A DNA stretch of 64,000 bases from contig OZ024743.1 in the NCBI GenBank assembly GCA_964016885.1, forward strand, positions 43,524,001-43,588,000, in the 5' to 3' direction. Of this stretch, positions 33,371-49,428 are shown one piece after another. Numbering within the stretch: position 1 is the stretch's first letter; every line of letters starts with the position of its first letter. Position numbers and translations under genes: made by a program. A model generated the notes under the pieces. That model was given only the letters and a program-made list of their open reading frames with translations. It did no database searches and was not told where the DNA came from. This DNA is from Eledone cirrhosa. Taxonomy: Eukaryota.

Positions 33371-33771
33371 AAATTAACTTTATTGTATATGAGCATTGTG
33401 TAGATATCGATCGGCTCAGGAGTCAATCAGATTAGATCAGGGGTAGGATCTGCATCGACATCCCATCAGATATGCGTTCATAGGCGCAGAACTCACAAAT
33501 CTGATGAGTCAAGTTTGTACTATAAATGATGTTTATTACAAGTGACACTTGTTTTGATATTCATCAGCTCAGTGCATCAGGATTGTCTCCGAGCCGAATG
33601 CTGCATAAACATCTCATCAGGCAGGTGTTTGCGTATTTCATCAGACATGTGAGTTCTGCGCCTATGAACGCATATCGGATGGGATGTCGATGTAGATCTT
33701 ACCCCGAAGATTCTGATTTAATCCTGAGCCAATCGATATCTACATAATGCTCATATGCAATAAAGTTAATA
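33371..33771. repeat. Diverged fold-back with ~135-bp arms ending at (TA)n
   Basis: 33371-33507 is inverted versus 33638-33771. Confidence 0.8.
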
Positions 33772-33852
33772 TATATATATATTTGTTTTCGAGAAATGCT
33801 AATCGCAGCTGCAACTTCAGTATTATACAGTATTATTAGTATTATATCTAAG

Positions 33853-34068
<216 letters not shown>

Positions 34069-34441
34069 GAAAAGGGAGTAATTTCTATACAAAAAAGTGG
34101 TTATAGAGAAAAGGTGAACCTGGAAAAAGCACGGAAGATATATTTGAGGATCTATTTTATTTTTATTTTTATTTTTACTTTCTTTGATTCGTGAAAATAA
34201 CATTGAGAAAATGAGAAGGACAATTCTTTAAAAAAAGAGTTGTATAGTGTATATAAAATATATAAAATATAACCGGCTTCGATGTATTGGTGAATCCATC
34301 TTATCAAATGTTGAGTATTACAATTAAAAGGAATTTAAAAGAATTAAAAACTAAACATTTAAAATTAATTGTTGAGGCCAGTTTGTTGATGATTCTTGTG
34401 AGAAGCAACTGGATCTAAATCAGAATTTCCAATTTCACTTT

Positions 34442-34506
<65 letters not shown>

Positions 34507-34553
34507 CTCTCTCTCTCTCTCCCTCTCTATCTCTCTCTCTCTTTCTCTCTCTT

Positions 34554-34671
<118 letters not shown>

Positions 34672-34692
34672 GGTGTGACACACGAGTTGTGA

Positions 34693-34949
34693 TATATTAG
34701 TAAAAAGGAAAAGAAAATGGTGACAAATTTTTCCCGGTGAAAATTAGTTTAAATAGTTAAATTTTGAAATAGAACGCTCGTGATTTTTGCGCTCTATCTC
34801 AAAATTATTTTTGAAAACCATTTGAAATGCGGAACTGGTAAACACATAAAACTAAAACAGAATACTAACTAATACTAACCTTTATACTTATTCCTAATTA
34901 AAGTATTTTTCACTGGGAAAAATTTGTCAGCATTTTCTTTTCCTTATTA

Positions 34950-34956
<7 letters not shown>
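34693..34956. repeat. Fold-back with ~50-bp arms between (TA)n tracts
   Basis: ATATTAGTAAAAAGGAAAAGAAAATGGTGACAAATTTTTCCCGGTGAAAA versus its reverse complement at ~34907-34956. Confidence 0.75.
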
Positions 34957-35008
<52 letters not shown>

Positions 35009-35279
35009 CAGTCAGGTCACTCTTGAGTGCTACTGGTAACATGTAAACCAGTACAAGCTCTCGCATGGTCGGGTCGTCGGCGACTAAACCGGCAACCCCA
35101 CCAAGTTCACTTGGTGAGGAGGGTGATTTTGGACACCCTGCAGGACAAAAAACTAAACCTGACTAAGGTCGGAAGAACTGATGAGATTCAACGGCTAGCC
35201 AAAATTGTGTAAATATGTATATACACATGTACATATGTATGTGTATGTATATACGTGTGTATATGCCTGTGGTATTAGG

Positions 35280-37210
35280 GAGGCGCACGTACCTATGTAG
35301 GGGAGTGGTTGCTAGCCATGACCTTTTCAGGACAGTTCACCCTGCGTTGGGTCCCACCTGACACTCATCTCTCACCTGTGGCCCCAAGAAGCTGTAGCAT
35401 GCGACACCGACCACACCCCGATAAACGGCCTTGGCTGGTTGACAGAACCAGGTTGAGGGTAGCCGGACGGGTCTGAAACCCCCCGGAGAGTTATATAGGG
35501 GAGGCCTGCCCCTGCATGCAAATACTGGACCCGGCGGAGCGAGTGGAGGAGGACAACATCGTCCCAACGGCCACGAAGGCGGCTACAACAAGCGGTGTGG
35601 ATCGCTAGGGCACGGCAAGGCATTAGAGGCGTCATGGACATTCCTGCAGCCAAGGAATTCCCTGGTCGTTACGGTCCTCTGTACCATGGGATTCTGGCTT
35701 CTGTGGCCGAGTTAGTGGGACCGTCACTGTGGACTGGCCCTCCCACTATAAACCTTTCCCGCACAGGTTTCTTCTTTAGCGTGCAATCCCAAAGCCCTGC
35801 GGCGAAGGCCGAGAGGCGGAGGTAAGAAGTGGAGGTAACCTCTGGGAGTTGCCAGTCTCAAACCCTCCTGACCCTGGGATGACAGAGAAGATCAGGCATT
35901 CCACCGGGCGACTGAGTAGCCCTTTTCAGGGGAGCCCTGCTCACGCTCGCACGAGGGAGCGGCGATAACATGAGGCCTAAAGAAATGCTCGTCCCACACA
36001 GAGCCGGCTGGCGGTTTTACCCTTCCAAGCGGTCGAAACCAACATAAAAGAAAGAAGATTATTGGCGCATGGAATGTGCGCACCCTCATGGATAGGGAAA
36101 CCTCCTTGGGTCAGAGAGAAGAATTGCCCTTATAGCAAGGGATTTAGCTCGCTATCGTATCGACTTAGCCGCCCTCGGCGAGACTAGACATGCCGGAGAA
36201 GGATCAGTGGTAGACCTTGCCACCAGGACTTCGCTCTGCAAGCAGCTACCAGACATCCCAACACCTGTGAGTGAGCAGCTGATGAAGCTCCGCTTCCCTC
36301 GAGATCCATCTCTGCATGTCACAGTCATTAGCGCGTACGCACCCCACTCTCAACAGCAACTATGAAGCAAAGGACGCTTTCTATGGAGAACTCAACGCAC
36401 TCGTGAAGGGCATCCTCCAAGAGATAAACTCATCCTACTGGGGGACTTCAACGCAAGAGTCGGATCTGACAGCAGCAACTGGAGAGGCGTGTTGGTACCT
36501 CGTGGCACAGGGAAGCTGAACTTTAACGGCCTCATATTATTGAGTTTCTGCACCGAGAACGACCTCACCATCACCAGCACACTGTTCCGCCAGGCAGACA
36601 AGTTCAAGACGACATGGATGCACCCCAGATCCAAACAGTGGCATCTGATTGACTTTGCCATATGCCGCAGGGGGACATCCGTGACATCAGAATCATCAGG
36701 GCCAGGCGTGGTGCAGAGTATTGGACCGACCATCGCCTTGTCAGGATCATCCTGTCACGGCACATCACCCCGACGCATCGCAAGACACCGAAAGTCTGTA
36801 GGCCAGCTTTCGACGTCGCACGACTCAAGCAGCCAGAGCATCGCGATGCGTTCGCGGAAAACCTGGACGGCAGGCTGAATGGCCATAGAGCAGTGACCGG
36901 ATCCCCAAGTCCAGAATGGGAGCAGTTCAGGTCGTTGGTGACAGAGTCAGCCAAGGCAACCATCGGGCCGATGAAGCGATTCCACCAGGACTGGTTTGAA
37001 GAGAACGATGAGCGCATCAGACAATTCCGGGACGAGAAGAGAAGGGCTTTCATTGAATGGCAGAATGACAGCTCCTGCACCTCGAAGCGCGACCGCTTCA
37101 AGCACCCTTAGAGAGAGACTCAAGCAGCGTTACGCAGAATGCAGGACAAGTGGTGGGAAAGAAGGCCGAATAAGTCGAGAGATACGCTGATAAAGAACTC
37201 CAAGTTGTTT
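35280..37210 (+). mobile_element. RTE-clade LINE: GC-rich 5' UTR and frameshifted AP endonuclease, 3'-truncated
   Basis: IGAWNVRTLMD (36061), AALGETR, ISAYAPT, ILLGDFNARVG, TWMHPRSKQWHLIDF, WTDHRLV, HQDWFEEND. Confidence 0.9.
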
Positions 37211-37219
37211 GTGCGGGGT

Positions 37220-37662
37220 TTTTTTTGTGTGCGTGCTTGTATTTGCATACACAAGGCGATATTTTTCGCGTATGCTTGTGTACGTACGTATATGGATGCG
37301 TGTATGTATATATTTAATTTCAATCACTTCTGTATTTTATTTACTTATTCTTAACTCTGAAGCCGAAAATCATTCGGTTTCCTAAATAGAATTTTAGACT
37401 ACGACTTCAGTTATACCATTTACGTGGTTTTGTCTTTGCGTGTAATTGTTCTCTACGATCTACATAATGACGTATTATCTTCGTTTTTTCTGTTCATTGC
37501 CAGGGAATGTTTCCACGAACCAAAGTATCCTCTTCCTGTCTTCCTTCACTTGCAACGTGTTTTGAAATATTTACTTCTGCGTTCAAAGATTGACTTTTGT
37601 AGTTTCAGAAGATCCCGTTAAGAGTGAAAGCAGCGATTGTTGGCTTAAACTTTAATCTGTTA

Positions 37663-37668
<6 letters not shown>
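37220..37668 (+). mobile_element. Family B 3' module with HHR variant at 37601-37651
   Basis: Homologous to 30830-31410; ends in (TA)n. Confidence 0.8.
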
Positions 37669-37731
<63 letters not shown>

Positions 37732-38005
37732 GTGTGTATGTATGTATTTTTTATGTGTGTGTATATATATGTGCATATGTGTGTATATATGTATATGTAT
37801 GTGTGTGTGTATATTTGTATGTATATATGTATATGTATATGTGTATATATATACATATGTATATATATATGTGCGTGCGAGTTTGTATTTGTGTGTGTAT
37901 ATGTATATATGCATATATGTATGTGTGTATGTATATGTATATGTATGTATATATATATATATTAGTTTGGCGAGGTTTTTTGATATGAAATCGTGTGATG
38001 AATCA

Positions 38006-38192
38006 AATATTGTTATACTTGGGGAGGGTCATATTTGTGTAATAATATTGCCAGAATTAATAACAGAACACATGAAATTAACTGTTATAAAAGATACAGA
38101 AGCGAAAACCAAACAAACAGTGAGTGTGTTCTGTTATTAATTCTGGCAATATTATTACAAAATTCTGCCCCTCCCCAAGTATAACAATATTT
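38006..38192. repeat. Fold-back of family E pLTR 3' ends
   Basis: TGTTATACTTGGGGAGGG..CCAGAATTAATAACAGAACAC and its reverse complement; matches 660-760. Confidence 0.85.
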
Positions 38193-38263
38193 ATATATAT
38201 ATGTAGTTATGTGTATAAGTGTATGTATATGTTTATGTGTGTGTATGTATATGTATATATGTG

Positions 38264-38304
<41 letters not shown>

Positions 38305-38451
38305 GTATATATGTGTGTCTGTGTGTATTTGTGTGTATTTACTTGTGTGTGTATAAATATATATATATATGTATATATGTATATATGTATATATATATAT
38401 ATATATATGTGCGTGTGTGTGTGTGTGTGTGTGTGAATGTATGTATATATA

Positions 38452-38773
<322 letters not shown>

Positions 38774-39460
38774 AGAAAAATGAATTACATATGAATAAAA
38801 TTAGTCGTTCATTGGTATTTCATCGTTTTAAAATTCAGATACCTCTGGTTAGTGCGAGCGATAATTGAATACAGTTATTGGGACAAGTTAAACAGGGTGA
38901 AGCGAGCGAGACATGTAAACAAACAAAGATGGTATTGCAACGGAAAGATAGGAAGAGACAAGTACATGATATCTATAAGCTTAAGCTTGGTGAAATCATG
39001 GGTGAGGTGTGAGCGAGAAAAGGATTGCACACAGGTCAAACGGGAGGAAGTGACAGCGGGGGAGAGGCAGAGAGTGAGTGAGTGGAAGTATGAGGAAGAT
39101 GGCAGCTGAGAAAGAGTGTTACTGTCAGAGGGGGTAAAAAGAATGTAAGAGATACAGAGAGGGGGGAAGCAGTAAGAAGGAAACAGACAATCGCAGCTGA
39201 GGAAAAAATATAAATATAAGAAAAATGGAGTGCTGCGTGGTTGCACATGGGTTACATATGAAGAAAATGAGTCGTTATGTATGTGTATAGGTGTGTGTAT
39301 ATTTGTGTATGTATACGTGTGTGTATATATATATATATATTTTTTTTTTTATATGTATATATATATATATATATATGTGTGTGTTTGTGTGTGTGATTGT
39401 GTGTATATATATATGTGTATAAGAGTGTGGGAGGAAAAGTTTTATATATATATATATATA

Positions 39461-39612
39461 TATTTATTAAAATAAAGAAACAGATTGAAGTTTAAGCAAA
39501 GAATCGCTGCTTTCACTCTTAACGGGATCTTCTGAAACTGAGTTTCAGAAGATCCCGTTAAGAGTGAAAGCCACAATTCTTTGCTTAAACTTTAATCTGT
39601 TATTTTATTTTA

Positions 39613-39618
<6 letters not shown>
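39461..39618. mobile_element. Family B head-to-head HHR doublet (fold-back centred at 39540)
   Basis: ..TCTTCTGAAACT-G-AGTTTCAGAAGA.., with (TA)n on both sides. Confidence 0.85.
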
Positions 39619-39651
<33 letters not shown>

Positions 39652-39821
39652 TTTTCCTCCCACACTCTTATACACATATATATATACACACAATCACACA
39701 TTGCAATACCATCTTTGTCACTACTCTAAAACAATAGCGTAAGGTCTACGAAATGCTTTTAATTAAGCATACAGTGTATTGCAAAATACACTATATATAC
39801 ATTCGCATATATATATATATA

Positions 39822-39860
<39 letters not shown>

Positions 39861-39931
39861 GTGTGTGTAAGTATATGCACACGCATATATATATATATAT
39901 ATATATATGTATATGTATATGTTTGTATATG

Positions 39932-40004
<73 letters not shown>

Positions 40005-40353
40005 TTAAGGATACTATTTATGGTTATGTATATACTAAAACCTTTTATAGTTATATATATTTTAAACCCTAATCAGTGAAATACACTAATTTATTACTAC
40101 ATTATTACCAGTAAGATAAATAGCTCAATTGAATGTAAACTGCCATGCTTCAATATTATAATACATGTCAATCCACTGTGCATCAATATATACATATGTT
40201 TCTGTATGTCACCTGTGTTGAAAAGGAGGTCAAGTATGGAAACAATCATTGAAAAATTGGTCCGAAGACTCCAAACCTCGGTTTGGAAGAAACAATTGTA
40301 AACGAATAAATGATTTGAACAGAACTTTGATTCATGTAATTTCTCTCTCTCTC

Positions 40354-40392
<39 letters not shown>

Positions 40393-40571
40393 ACTAATAT
40401 ATTTGTGTGCATGTGTATATATGTATATATATATATATATATATATAAATTGGCCTGCCCGCCCAGCCAGTGTGGTGATGGCATTATCTTATGGCGAAAA
40501 CAGCATGATGTTCTGTGACCAGCAGCGCCGATTGGCGCCCGCCAGAATAATCGGTCAAGGTGATCAACGTG

Positions 40572-40659
<88 letters not shown>

Positions 40660-40690
40660 GTATGTATTTATCTGTGTGTGTGAAAATGTG

Positions 40691-41161
40691 CTTGTAGACA
40701 CCTGAAACATAGCTTAAGAGAAACTTGACAATAAGGAGAGGCACCCAAATTTGGACTTATATAGAATTCTTTCTGGCTTTGTCACTCTAAGTAAAACTTT
40801 AAATAATTAGCTTTTAAAAATTCCCTTTCTTTAAACCCATCAACCATGACCTCTACCCATCTTGTAGACACCTGAAATATAAGTATAGTTAGCTTAAGAG
40901 AAACTTAAAATTAAGGAGTGGCACTCCAATTTGAACTTCTTTATAGAATTCTTTCTGCCTTTGTCACTCTAAATATAAATTATAGCTTTACAAAATTAGC
41001 TTTTAATGAATTCCCTTTTCTTTTAACCAATGACCTCCACCCATCCCACTCCCCACCCTCTCCTACCACCAGAAAAGATATACATACCACCATATTTACT
41101 TGGACAGTCAACCTCCTGATGATTTCTCACGAATGAAACATTTCTAGTCCTGTAGAAGCTC

Positions 41162-41164
<3 letters not shown>
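40691..41164 (+). mobile_element. Family N pLTR-like 3' module with ~170-bp internal duplication and HHR at 41112-41158
   Basis: CTTGTAGACACCTGAAA at 40691 and 40861. CCTC-CTGATGA-TTTC(TCAC)GAAT-GAAAC-AT(TTCTAGTC)CT-GTA^GAAG. Confidence 0.65.
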
Positions 41165-41250
<86 letters not shown>

Positions 41251-42076
41251 AGTGGTTACACAATAGTTAGTTCACCATACCGAGAACAATTGTTTCACCT
41301 TTGCGGATCCTCAGCTCGTAATGGACATGGCTATACGGAACAGGAAGGACAACCGTACGAACGCGCATGCGCAGAAATGATCGCTTCACACAGGCAATTC
41401 TAAATTGCGTGCCAGATGTGTAAGGGAGACGACTGCGAAAGTCCGAAAGTTAGGATGTTGTTGTAATTCAATTCCGAGCTTTGTAGTTATGTAAGAGGTG
41501 TTTCCAGACGTGTGGACAATGGGTGAAGAATTTAAAATCTCATTATTAGGCAATCACTATTGCGTAATCTCTTTAGAATATTTATTCCTTCATCAATACA
41601 TAGTCCACACGACGGATTGCCCCTTGGACTTAGTTATGGCTTTCAATTGAATGGAGTAGTCTATACTACGTGACTCGCGAATTTCGTGGATGAACGTCTC
41701 CCGAGTATCTAAAGGTCGACTGGTGGTTCAGGAAGCGTTCATTTAATCGGCTCTCCGCCATACCCACATAGGATTTGACCTCCTGTCGTTGATTTGGTCG
41801 GTTGGAAGTGGCCACAGCTTCATAAACTACAGGTGAGTGTGTTGCATTGCTGTTGAAGGGGACAAGATTCGGGCTTACGACAAGAGCACGCTGGTGGGGT
41901 GGTGCTCTTAGGGCAGTTGGTGATATGGGCCTTCATGTACTTAGCGCAGGAGTATCCTAATTTTACTTTGTGTCGGTTAAAGATGGAGCGGTATTTATGA
42001 CATATGTGAAAGTGTCTATCTAGTAATGTTTTGCCTACATTGGTTTTAAGGTTGAGTGAGAAGGGAGGAGAGAACT
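41251..42076 (-). mobile_element. 5'-truncated PLE (linker, GIY-YIG and pLTR)
   Basis: Minus frame FSPPFSLNLKTNVGK..IFNRHKVKLGYSC..CSCRKPESCPL..VVYEA..SYVGMAESRLNERFLNH. Confidence 0.85.
41281..41318 (-). ncRNA. Minimal hammerhead ribozyme in the PLE pLTR
   Basis: CGAG-CTGAGGA-TCC(GCAAA)GGT-GAAAC-AATT-GTT^CTCG; stem I extends with CCAT/ATGG. Confidence 0.85.
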
Positions 42077-42126
42077 ATATATATATATATATATACATAG
42101 ACACTCACACACACACACGCACACAC

Positions 42127-42161
<35 letters not shown>

Positions 42162-42191
42162 TATATAATCATACACACTCGTGTATATTTA

Positions 42192-43080
<889 letters not shown>

Positions 43081-43200
43081 TATATATATATAAGGATTAA
43101 AATACTGGAGCGTGTTGGAGTTAAACACCCTCTTCGTATTATAGAAATGACAGTAAAAGGTATAGCTCAATGTAATTAAACAGAGCCGAAGAATTATGAA

Positions 43201-43426
<226 letters not shown>

Positions 43427-43441
43427 ACATATATTTATATG

Positions 43442-43477
<36 letters not shown>

Positions 43478-45626
43478 ATATATATATACATATATATATA
43501 CATATATATATATATGAATAAATATATATATATATATATATGAATATATATATACATATATATATATATTTGTGTGTATGTGTGTGTGTGTGTATGTGTG
43601 CGTGTGCATGTTGTTCTCGATCTTTATATGACTAGTTTTGACTATTTTTGCTATATCCCTATATCCTCGTATTTAAATCTTTGTATTTAATCTATTTTCT
43701 CCAGATTCTCAATATCACAGTTCTGTCAGAGATACCTGAGGAGACTTGATCATATTTCACGTATGTGGTTATTTGCTTCTTCATTTACAAATTACATGTA
43801 ATTATCGTTATTTGATAATTGCCAAACATTTGATAATTACCAAACGTTAATTTTATCTAATAAATAATAACATTAAAAAATAAACTATAAATTTCCGTTT
43901 ATTGGGTGAAATGAAATAGTTTGGTAATTATAAAAGTAATCTTTAGGAAAATAGTTAATATTACGCTAACACAATAAAAATGACGGAATTACAGAAAATG
44001 TGTTTTAATAAATTACGTGATTTCTTATAGTTTTGTTTTCATCAGAACGGCAGTCACTGGCCATTGTCTGTCATTCTCTACCCTTCCTACTTTCTTTCTT
44101 CCTTTGCCTAGTATAATTTGCTCTTTCTTTCTTTTTCCACATCTTTATGACATCTATAGTCATTTCATATACTGCTTTCATTTTCTGTATCTTTGACCAA
44201 TTTATAATATGACATTTATTCCCTTTTTTTTCTAAGATGGAATTCTTTCGATAATGTATTGGTCGTTAATTTCGAAAATGGCAGTAGTTTGCTCGCTGTA
44301 CTGAATGGCTGACTCGACATTTAACATGATTACGTGATTGCGTTTTCCATAGTCGCTTGTACACTTTACGAAGCTCCTTGAATCAACGCGACACAATATA
44401 TGACAAGGTGCGGAAGTTGAGGTATAATTTCTCTTTATCCAGTTCCCTCAAAGTTGTTGGATTCGCGCAAGACTTTCCACGGCGGGATTGAACCCAGGTC
44501 ATCAAGATGCCTGCTGTACATCATGATGCCTGGTGCCATTGATACCATTGCGGCTTAAAAATATAAAATTATCAACATGGCATGCGAAATTTAATTTAGA
44601 TTGGATGACTTGTAAACTAACAGTAATAAAAAACACAATCCTCAGCTAAATGCATTCCAAACTTTCTCTACAATTGAAATTATATACTAATATGAGACTC
44701 CATGGAATTTATTTACAAACTGAATTCAAATACAGCGGTAGTCAGCGTTACGTTTCCTCCGTCCTGTATTTAGGAAGTAAACTAATAGTCGATTACTGTT
44801 GTCGATATATTCTCCACTAATAAATAGCTGGTCCTCCGTATATATCACATACCATTATTTAAAATATGTTTATATTTTTCTAGAAAAATGAGATAATCGC
44901 TCAAACTTCTCTGAGTATATTTTCTGATCGATTCTATATGTAATGTAACTGAAGTACATAAATGGACATAAACTGCATTAATATTCACTCTGACATTGTA
45001 AAAGTGTGGCAGTAAGTCAATGGGGTGAACTACATATTAAGACAACAAGAAAGCTAAATGACTTGACATTATAATGGAAAATGTTTCCAAATAGGAAAAA
45101 CAATTAATCAATATCAATTTAATTTATCATGTCAGTAATTAAATATTAATGGTGTACAATTCAGTTAACCATCAACTTTATTGACACATTTGAATTGATA
45201 TTGATGCAGATATATTAAAAGTGCAAGCCAGTATATATAAACATATATATGTATCCACTGCATATGGAATTTAATCTATCACAACATAAATGCGAGCATT
45301 CCGCTTATGCGTAATATTAACGACGTCACAACTAATACAAAATGTTGGCTTGTTTTCCAATCGTACAATATCTTCTATCTATTTCAAGGTCTCCAATTCG
45401 AATCATAGAACCTGCATATATTTCTTGTACTGGGAGATGAAATTAATCTTAAATGTACTAGAAGTGTGAGCAAAATATCTCGTTTCGGATTGATTCATAT
45501 GATCTAGAACTGTTTCATTGTAAACAACCCATACAGCCGCACACACACACACACATACACACACACACACACACATACACATACACACACACGCACGCAT
45601 GTATATATATATATATATATATGTAT

Positions 45627-45744
45627 ATATAGAAAAGCTTCCACAGGACTAGAACTGTTTCATTCGTGCGAAATCACCAGGAAGCTGCTTCCTGATGATC
45701 TCTCATGAAACAAACAGTTCTAGTCCTGTGGAAGCTCTTCTATA
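45627..45744. mobile_element. Family N head-to-head doublet of decayed HHRs
   Basis: ..CAGGAAGC-T-GCTTCCTGATGA.., centre at 45686. Cleavage triplet is GTG in both arms, so probably inactive. Confidence 0.75.
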
Positions 45745-45772
45745 TTAAAACATCCGATTCAACACGGAATAG

Positions 45773-45840
<68 letters not shown>

Positions 45841-45843
<3 letters not shown>

Positions 45844-46023
45844 CAAAGGAATTGTGGTAAGGAAACAGATGGACCATAACACACCAGAGTACTCAATACT
45901 TAGGGTAGTAGAGTGGGAAATAGTATAACCCCGACGGCAGAGTTCAAGCCGTTTAGACGGCTATTTCTGTACCAGAAATAGCCGTCGAAACGGCTTGAGC
46001 TCTGCCGTCGGGGTCAGACTTTT

Positions 46024-46028
<5 letters not shown>
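45841..46028. mobile_element. Family D mini-element fold-back
   Basis: Centre at ~45971 (TTCTG-TAC-CAGAA). Confidence 0.8.
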
Positions 46029-46953
<925 letters not shown>

Positions 46954-49428
46954 GAAAGAAGGTTTACACGGTTTGCTATACAAAAAAGTTTTTATTCACA
47001 TAGCTTACATTTGTTTCACTAAACTGGTCTGTCTAGAGATCGCTATCCGCCTAATTTTGCGTCATTCGATCGCCAATACAGAATTATAACCAGTCAGATC
47101 TTCGGAGCATGCGAGAATGAAGAAAATACACAGGCAAGAAAAGAAAAGAAAATATGGAGTAGTTATGGCATTCAATTAGAACAATAACAACAACAATTAT
47201 TACAACAATGCTATCAATAAACTATTTAAGGAGACCCTGACATTACTTAGGTGGGGGGTATACAATGTATCTAATGTTACGGCGAGAATATCAGCTGTCA
47301 TAAGGCAAAAAGTATCGTAGTGTGTATCAATTTTAAATTATAAAGATAAGCTAGTTTTTACAGTCTTTCTCTTCATCTTCAACAGTATACATGAGTGGGA
47401 CCACTGTCAAAGCTCAATAGTTGTAGAGTTAATACAGATGTTAACGAATTAATATACGCATATATCTACGCACACACACACACACATATATATATATAAA
47501 TATATATACACATATATGTGTACATAGACACATACATACACATCAATATACACTCGTACAAAAATATACATACATGCAAAGAGAAAAGCGTGCTAATTGT
47601 AATATGGCAAAAAGAAGGTAAAGTAACATTGTAGTAGTGAAATGAGAGAAACTAGTTCGATAAGGGACCGAATACCAACAGAAGGGAATTTTCCAAGGAG
47701 AATTACGGGTTTAAATCCTGCAAAAACCCGCCAAACAACCCCGCACTCGATGCCTTCGAGCTGGACCTTATGAACATGATAAGTGAAACTAAATTTAAAA
47801 AAAGAACAAATCACAACAAATTGCAAAATGACTTAAATACATTACTTAAAAAACTAAAAGACACTAACGGTATCATAGTAAAAGCAGACAAAACATCAAA
47901 CGTATACTCTATGGACATTAACACATACAATAACTTTATTCAGCGTGAACTACATAAAAAAAAAGAAAAAAAAAATATATAAAAAAACTAATGAATCTAC
48001 ACTCACCAGCATAAACATGGAGGGCCTCAAGATAGTTAATAAACTCGGAATTTCAGATAGGACCGAACCGCTTACCCCGTGCAACCCTACATTTAACCTG
48101 AAAGATCACAAAAATAACTTTGAAACTAATCCCACCATTAGATTAATATGCCCATCCAAGTCAGACATAGGTAAAATTAGCAAAAACATTCTAGATAGGG
48201 TAATCGCACAAATAAAGGGTAAACTAGAAATCAATTTATGGGGCAACACTAACGAGGCAATTAAATGGTTCAATAAAATACAAAATAGGGAGACGTGTAA
48301 CTTCATACAACTTGATATAGACGACTATTATGCATCCATATCCCCAGCTACCCTAGATAAGGCGCTTATATTTGCCCAAAATAACTCTAATCTTACCCAT
48401 GATGAAATTGAAATAATAATAGCGGCTAGAAGGACTATCGTAACATTTTGAAAATAACTACTGGGTAAGAAAGGATAGAATAAATAGCTTCGATATTACA
48501 ATGAGATCAAATGATTCTGCGCAAATTACAGATATCGTGGGGCTATTCATAGCACACAACCTACATAAGGAATTCAGTAACCTCCAAGGAGGAATTTATA
48601 GGGACGACACGTTACTTATAGCTAGGAACCTAAACAACCAGAGCATGGAAAGACTAAGAAAAAATATTAGAATATTCTTCAAAAAACTAGGCCTAAGTAT
48701 TACCTACGAACTAAACCATAAGAAGGTAAACTTTCTAGATGTAACTCTAAATCTAAATGCTGGACTAATAGAACCTTTCCACAAAAATAATGAAAATCTT
48801 GCCTACATTAGTTACAACTCAAATCACCCCAAATCCATAATTAAATCCATAGCACGTAGTATATCCCTCCGAATATCCCGCCTATCCTCAAACCTAGAAA
48901 TCTTTAACGAGCATGCTGACTATTATAATGCAGCATTAAGTAGGGCCGGTCATAAAGATAAACTACAGTATATAGTGAATAAGGACAACATAAACAATCC
49001 TAGTAATTTCTACTCCAACCGCTCACATAATAATAGGAATAGCTTGACTAGACATAGGGTTAGACATGTAACACCTAGAGTAAACGGCCAAAACACTAAT
49101 AACGTAAACCCTAGAAACAATAGAAGAAACAGACAAAGAAAATAACTATGGTTCAACCCAATATTCAACTCCTCTATAAAAATTAGACTGCCCTCTACAT
49201 TCTTTAAACTAATAGATAAACACTTCCCTATCTCGCATAGATAATTACAAAATACTCAATAGATCTACTATTAAACTCTCTTTCTCAACAGCAGCTAACA
49301 TAGAATCACACATACGTAAGATCAACCACAGAAATATCTCAAGTAAATCAATTGCACCTATACATAAGCACAAACTCATCAAAACATCACAACCACAAGC
49401 GCATACAAACGCGCAGCAGCAAAACCCC

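Noticed and set aside
35280-35520. HDV-like ribozyme in the RTE 5' UTR
   Set aside because: Plausible from family knowledge, but I could not assign the nested double pseudoknot; needs a motif search.
43980-44130. CTGATGA..GAAA on the minus strand in a repeat also present inverted at 51040-51290
   Set aside because: No stem II or stem I pairing, and the other copy lacks the core; an ordinary dispersed repeat.
48449-48451. In-frame TGA in the PLE RT as possible selenocysteine or readthrough
   Set aside because: Homology continues in another frame (ENNYWVRK..FDITM), so it is a frameshift.
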